64,000 bases of DNA, taken from NCBI RefSeq assembly GCF_009914755.1, contig NC_060947.1; one strand, 5' to 3'. Below the pieces are notes generated by a model. It made no database searches. It had not been told where the DNA came from and saw nothing but the letters and a program-made list of their open reading frames with translations. The translations under genes and the position numbers were made by a program. The DNA is from the human T2T-CHM13v2.0 reference genome, Homo sapiens. Below are positions 56,350-64,000 of the stretch, in pieces. How positions within the stretch are numbered: position 1 is the stretch's first letter; each line of letters opens with the position of its first letter.

Positions 56350-58406
56350 TTAATAGGCAAGGCTTTGAAGTTTGAGTGGGACTAAAGTAGGTTTTCAAGG
56401 TATATATGGGATGTAACCCAGGGAGAAATAGTATAGAATTACTTCTGGGAACTGAATCTCAGGGCTCTTAATAGGTAGAGATGCTTTTAAAAACAGAGGA
56501 GAGCTCTTGAATACTACAGATAATTGACTCAAGCATTGCAATAAACTTTTCCCCAGAAAGCTTTTGTTTTTGCTGCTGTCGAGGAAAGTTAAGCCAGATG
56601 AACCAAAGAACAGCTAGGTTGTTGTGTACAAACACTGAAACAAATTTCCTGAGATGTAACTTGGAATTTATGAGAATGTTTTAATTACATAAAAAATAGT
56701 TTTTCTGTTTTTCCCATTCCTACTCCTCCGTGTTCTTTTGCCTACATTGATAAGTGTTGGGGTTGGGGGTGCAGGAGGGTAAGACTTGATTAGTTCCTGA
56801 AAAAGAAAAATGATTCCTTAAGTGCCTATAGTGCCTGTGATGCCACTGACTCAAAGTGAGGTAATGGAGAATGAAAAGGTTGAAATCTGTTAGATAGACC
56901 TGAGATTTATCTTGTACTTTTGAACTCAACTCACTGGAAGTCTGCCTTAGAAAGAATTACCTTAGTAAAATCTCGAACTAATTTCATTTTGGGTCTTCTA
57001 GAATTGACTCCAAGTCATAATAACTGCCGAAGAGTAAAAGGAAAAGCAATAAACTTTCTAGCAAAAGGCTAGAAAGAATACAAAGATGCAGAAAGACGGC
57101 TAATTCTGCATATTGAGTCAAAGCCGTTTTATCTTTGAGTGCTAGGTAATAATAAGAGTTTACTAGATATTTGGCAAATCATTTAGTCTCTAGGGTTTTA
57201 CACACAGAGTTAGACAAAAATTAGTTCATTTGTCTTACATTTGCCCGCTTTAAAGAATAACGTTTTTTCAGCTTGTCAATTCTACTGCTTTCCCCAGCGT
57301 CTGCATAATAAGGCAGACAACTCAACACAGGAGTTGATCTGTGATCAACACATTCAAGTGATCACGTCTCCTTCCTTGGCAGAATACTCCTTGATTCTTG
57401 TAACGGGAATGTCTATATTTCAACTTGAGATTGGCAGTTTAATTGCCTAACCTAATACTAACTAGTTTGAAGCATGGATAGTCACTAAACAGAACAGTTT
57501 TATTTTCATACAAAACAGATATTCTTCATTAAAATTAAGTATTTTCAGGCACAGCTTGCTAATATAGCTATTAAGGATAATTAAGAAAACTTTCAAGTTT
57601 TTCACTTAGGAAATTCCATGTATGAAAGCAAAATAAATTTTCCTTCAACTCCTTCCTCTTGCCATTTTCCCATATCCAGTACTGTACAGACTTTAGAAGA
57701 GTTTATTTTATCATAATTTATTAAATATGGTCACAACACAGTACATGCTGGAAGATAGGTGCTTTTAAAAATCCAATTATGCCCCTGACACTTGAGCCAA
57801 CTAAAGGACATAAGTCAGAGAGCCATCTGATTTTTTCTTTTGACTAAGGAGGGCCTAAATTAATTCCATAGGGATGATTAAATTTAGATTTAGAGGTTGT
57901 ATAAGCAAACTGAGGTTAGCTTATGAGTTTTATTCTGGGACAAAAGGCCAAGAAGTGCTTATTTTAAACCTGACATATCCTGTTTTTCAGGAGCTCTGAA
58001 AAGTTAAAAAATTTGGCAGGAGGTTAGGAAACTACAGCATATACGTCTGACCTAGAGGCACTCTCTGAAATGGCTTTTCTTTCTTTCTTTTTTTTTTTTT
58101 TTTCTAGACAGGCTATCAATTTAACAAAGAAGGATTATGGCAGTAAGTTGTCAAATGAGCTGACAAAATCAACTGTCACGTTTTATGGTGGCCCGGGTTT
58201 CGAGAATGTACAGATAATTTTTCCTCAAAAGGAGAATGTCTGGTTTTCTTTATTTTTCTGATTTCTTCAAAGGCATAGTCTACCTAAACTGAAAAAAACT
58301 CAGAAAAAAAAAATGAAAACGGAAAAGGAATATATTTTTCTTCTATATATTATTTTAAAAATACCTTTTTATCAAGTATCCTGATAACTTTTCTGAGTTA
58401 GCCATT

Positions 58407-58550
58407 GTATTAGTTTCCTATTGCTGTTTAACTACCAAAAATATAATAGCTTGAAAAAAATGAAGTTCTAGTTCAGCAGGTCAGAATTTCAAACACAAAT
58501 GACTGCATTCTCTGCTCAGGGTCTGACAAGACTGAAATAAATGTGTTGGC
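58407..58550 (-). mobile_element. MLT1-family LTR fragment
   Basis: tgtattagtttcctattgctg...ctctgctcagggtctgacaagactgaaat. Confidence 0.6.
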
Positions 58551-58833
58551 AATACCATGCTACCTATTGTATATGAAATGTACTTTGTGTTTCGGGCTTG
58601 CTACAGGCATGCTCTTTCCTTGTGCAAATTGTTATTGACAATGTCAGTTATAAGCTTGGAGATACATTGTTAATTCAATAGTATTAATTCCCTGTTGTGC
58701 TTGGCCTTTCCCACACCTCTAAAATAACAGTTATACAATTGACTCTAGAATAACCAAGGAAAGTATTACGATTTTCAGTATTCATAGTGGTGAAAATTAA
58801 TAATGGTGCGTTTGTGGAAGAAAAAATGAAAGT

Positions 58834-59409
<576 letters not shown>

Positions 59410-59978
59410 AAAGAACTCAGGAAAAATATGTCAGCAGCATCACATATTGTCTTTCTTTCTAACTTTCTTCAACTCCAAACATACCCTTTGAAGGGTGCAA
59501 AGTTTTCCAAGGGCATAGCTCTAGGTGAGTTCGTAAGAATATGAATTGTTCAATTGTAGTTTTAATTTTCTACACGGCAGAAAAATATTGTATGGAGCAA
59601 ATAATTGTGGGGTACTGAGTTTAGAGAGAACGAACTCTTTTATGTGTAATAAGTTATAAATTTAAAACCTCTTGAAAATATAATAGGAGCATATCTGATC
59701 TAACCAACTTGTATTATTAATTTAGTTATTTCATATATTTTAAAAAATATTTATTAAGCTAGTGAACTTTCCCTAAAAAACAGACATTCCCCATCATGTC
59801 CCAAACACTATACTGTGAATAATCCTAATCCTTCCATAGAATTATTATGTCTTCAACCACTTTCAAATATCTTAAAGGCAGCAACTAGATTCTATTTATC
59901 TTTGTATTTCTCCATACTTAATCTTCAAATGACAGAGCCAGTTTTCAGTACTATTCAGTCTGGCTACAGAGCCTGTGC

Positions 59979-60278
59979 TTTTTTTTTTTTTTTTTTTGAG
60001 ATGGAATCTTGCTCTGTCGCCCAGGCTAGAGTCACTGGTGAGACCTCGGCTCACTGCAATCTCCACCTCCTGGGTTCAAGCGATTTTCCTGCCTCAGCCT
60101 CCAGAGTAGTTGGGACTACAGGCGCGTGCCACCATGCTCAGCTAATTGTTTTGTATTTTTAGTAGAGACAGGGTTTCACCCTATTGGCCTGGTTGGTCCC
60201 GAACTCCTGACCTCGTGATACACCCGCCTCGGCCTCCCAGAGTGCTGGGATTTCAGGCATGAGCCACCACGCCCAGCC
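59979..60278 (-). mobile_element. AluS (Sg-like)
   Basis: Full dimer, pure T tail; TSD cctgtgctttt on both sides. Confidence 0.93.
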
Positions 60279-60359
60279 CAAACCTGTGCTTTTGAACACT
60301 GCTCTATAGTGTCTCATATAACAGTGGTGGGCAATACCTTTAAGCCAATTTCATTTTTC

Positions 60360-60721
60360 TGTCTTACCATAGGATGTTGAAGCCACTATAACAAAATACC
60401 ACAACTGGGTGGCTTATAACAACAGAAATTTATTTTTCACAATACTGGAGCCTGGAAAATCCAAGATCATGGTGCTGGCAGATTTGGTTTCTGGTAAAAG
60501 CTATTTTCTGTTTCATATTTGATGCCTTCTAACAGTGTCCCTTTATGGTGGAAGGGGACAACGATAGCCTCTTCAGCCTGTTATAAGGACTCTAATCCCA
60601 TTCATGAGTGTCTCACCCTCATGTCTGAATTACCTCCCCAAAGGCCCCACCTTCTAAACACAACATAAGGGGGTTACTTTTCAACATATAAATTTTGAGG
60701 AAACACATTCAGTCCATGGCA
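60360..60721 (-). mobile_element. MaLR solo LTR (MLT1A-like)
   Basis: ctataacaaaataccacaactgggtggcttataacaacagaaatttattt ... acattcagtccatggca. Confidence 0.85.
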
Positions 60722-61014
60722 ATCATATATTTCTTTGTTCTAAAGTTAGTTGTATCAGTTTGGGAACGGCTGGTAGTGCCCTTTCATCTATTTTAAAAGC
60801 AACACATGAGTAGACTATGAACCAGTGCATACTAAGACATTATGCTTAACTTCCATTCAGTGTTCTTAAAGGCCTTCAAGACTCTTTTTAATCCTATTTT
60901 CAGGATCTTTGCTCATTTCTGAAACAATAATGTGTCGAAGGGCTTACACACAGTCATGTTAATCTGAAGGTGAAGAGCTATACTAGTTAGATACTAATCA
61001 TAGCTTCAGTTTGA

Positions 61015-61288
<274 letters not shown>

Positions 61289-61849
61289 GATACATTTTTC
61301 TTTCTGCTTGATCTGAATAAATTATTCTGAAAAGTTTCATCCTGCATTTATTGTTTTTAAAATACTATTTTAGAAGAAAAGGTTATTTAAATTTAGAGAG
61401 TCACTATGTTTTCCCTTTGGAAATAAGTTCCAGTAGGCTTTCTTGTTATACAAAGTAATTACATAAAATTATTGACAAACTATGTCAATAGAAAGTACTC
61501 AATATATTTCCAAAATGGAATAAATCCTGTAAGCCCCAATAATTTCTTTAATGTACTCTATAAAATTTCTTTTGATATCTAGGCTTCATAGAAAGCTAAA
61601 TTGTGGTTCATAATTTTAACATGCCATAATAAATATCTTCATTAAAATGGAATTTTAAACCTAATTTTAAAACGAGCAAATGTTTTCTTTACTATGTTTG
61701 TTCAGCATTTCTAATTATCATCCTTAAAAAGTGTAAAACCCCAAATAACTTTCTGACTAACCTAATACGTATCAATACATGCTCATAGTATTTTTGCGAG
61801 ATTTATTTTAAAATAGTTGTATATAATCACTTTCTTCATTTTGGTTCCT

Positions 61850-62425
61850 ATGATTTTCTCTTAAACCCAGTCTATTCAGTCTTTTATCCCAACCACTTCA
61901 CTGACATTTCTTTTGTGAAGATCCCAAATTATCTCAACATTGCCCAATCCAATGGCTAGACTTCAGTCCTCATCCTACCAAATTATTTGCACCATTCAAC
62001 ACATTTCTTACACTTTCTTCATTTGACTTCCAAAACACTATCATCTCTTCATCTTCCTCTTACCTCATTGTTGGTTCTTGTCAGCTTTCTTTGCTGATTT
62101 CTGCCTAGCTCCTGAGTGCCAACGTGCTTAGCCTGTGGCCTTTTCTTTTCTACACCCAGTAATATTCTTGAGAATGCAATTTCGCATCATGCATTTATAT
62201 AACATCTATATGCTGACAATGTTCAAATTTTTGTATCCAACCCACACATCTTTAGTGAACTCTTTTATACTCAAATATTATTTATTTTCTGTTTTTTTTA
62301 CATGAATATAAGCTCTCTAGAAAAGAGAACCATTTCATTTGCAAATGCATCCCACTCTTCACTAGAAAATTACTTGGCAAATGATAAGGGCTTCATAAAG
62401 AGTTAATAAAGGAAAGAAAAAATGA
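61850..62425 (+). mobile_element. LINE-2 fragments
   Basis: cattgcccaatccaatgg...cagtcctcatcct, catctatatgctgacaat, gaatataagctc. Confidence 0.7.
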
Positions 62426-63479
62426 ATTAAATATTTTACGTACATATGTGTGTATATATCCATATGGATATATGAGAGATAAATATTTCACAAATATTTG
62501 ATTAAGTTGAACACATTATTCCTTTGTCATGCTATGCATCAATTTTCCCTTTCAATAATATTTTGCTCTTTTCAACATTTAGATGTCTTTCAAATAATAT
62601 GAATTGTAGGCGTTTTCTTCTTAATGACTGCTCTGATAACTTAGTACTTATTAGCTCTTGTTATATTAGAAACAAAGATATTCAGAGTTGAATGAGAGGA
62701 AAAGCAATATGAGTTTTCTGCTGATCTAGGTAAAAAGGAAAATGAAGCAAAGAAGAGAAAGATGGTTCTTGCAGCAGGGGTTTTCAGAACTTAAGTAGAA
62801 TCCTGTTTTTGAACACTGAATTTGACTCCCTGCAGTCAGCCTTAAAAATACATACAGAATACAAAATGTATTGAGTTCTTTAAAGTGCAAAAGATGAAGG
62901 GCTGTTGTTAGTTGGAGTTCTTCCAGAAGACAATCCTGTCTCAAACAGTGTTTGGTTCTTAAGAGAGGTTAACTTCCCAGCACAAATATGACACTAAAGA
63001 GCTAATCATCAGTCTTCCTCTTTCCTGACAGAGCTTTGATCCACAGTTGAACCTTTTTCTTTTTCTTTCAAACTACATTCAGTTGTAGTCCCTGGGGAAA
63101 AGTCAGATTCCTGTTGATTTTCCTCAGCTCAAGGAGAAGGGTTTCATCTTTATTTATAGCACTTGTGAAGTGCCCACAGGACACAGCAAGGTCAGGGTCC
63201 TAGCTAAGACCTAAGACCTATCCATAGTATATAGAAATAAGGCAACCTTTGCATCCTCGAGAAACTTATATTCTAAAGTATGGATTGAGTCAATGGCCTT
63301 TGAAATGGTAACTATTTTGAATAAAAAACATCAGAGGAGCAGGATTTGAGAGATGAACACATAGCAATGCATAAAGTAGATTTACTGAATAGAAGTCTAG
63401 TACTATAAGTAATTAAATAAAAGCCTTCTCAGCCCAGGTTGTGGCAATTCTGGATTTTTACTTTTCCTGTCTTGCAGAA

Positions 63480-63650
63480 GAGTGATTCTTAACCTTGGCT
63501 GCACATTAACATTACCTGAAAATCTTTTAAAAACCTTGATGTCAGACCTCGCCCTGACAAATCAAAATCTCTTTCTAGGACCAAGATATTAGTAATTTGT
63601 TTTAAACTCACTAGGTGATACCAATATGCATCCAAGTTTGAGAATAAGTA
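63480..63650. mobile_element. hAT-Charlie MITE (MER5B/MER5A-like)
   Basis: agtgattcttaaccttggctgcacatta...aggtgataccaatatgcatccaagtttgagaa. Confidence 0.8.
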
Positions 63651-64000
63651 TTCTTGGCTCATAAAATAGAGTTATGACAGCTATATAAACAAAACAGATA
63701 TTATACATTTTAGAAAATATGTGACAACGGAATCATTCATGTCAATGGCAAAATAATTATAACAATTCATTAACCAATATCTGTTATATAGACTTTTGGG
63801 TTATTATTTTTTTAGCACGTTTATAATTGGTTTTCTGAGAGATACATAAAACCCAGCCATAATGACAAAAGTAAATACTGGTCACCCAACTCAAGATTTG
63901 GGAAAACCTTACTAGCCTTGTTATAGAGAGTAATAACTTCCTCTAGGCATGCTAAAAAGTACAAGAATGAGAGGCATGATCTCATTCCTATTCTCAAATA

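Noticed and set aside
62454-62473. Perfect 20-bp palindrome atatatccatatggatatat
   Set aside because: Embedded in a low-complexity (AT)-type tract where symmetry is expected.
62726-63200. Possible coding exon in unique sequence
   Set aside because: No recognisable protein motif or convincing splice-site pair with an open frame.

Overview
AT-rich, CpG-poor primate genomic DNA. AluY and a HERV-W LTR17 point to a catarrhine, consistent with human or ape. I see no credible protein-coding exon, rRNA, tRNA or CpG island; the recognisable ORFs in the track are transposon-derived and the rest look like chance ORFs. More than half of the window is nested transposable elements: a degraded ERV1 (MER41/MER66-like) provirus split by an L1PA, an internally deleted ERVL (MLT2B) provirus with an intact 5-bp TSD, a solo HERV-W LTR17, two independent solo LTR12F-like LTRs, several MaLR LTRs, three minus-strand L1PA fragments, old L1M/L2/MIR pieces, about 13 Alus, and Tigger, hAT and MADE1 DNA-transposon relics. 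Subfamily names come from remembered consensus sequences and need RepeatMasker/Dfam confirmation. I found no convincing new multi-gene system. The most unusual structure is a ~240-bp palindrome (41352-41589) with a miR-548-type MADE1 at the exact centre of ~80-bp non-MADE1 inverted arms. Other oddities are a possible very old Ty3/Gypsy pol relic (~34.1-35.3 kb, speculative), a triplicated Alu target site and paired LTR12F NF-Y arrays.
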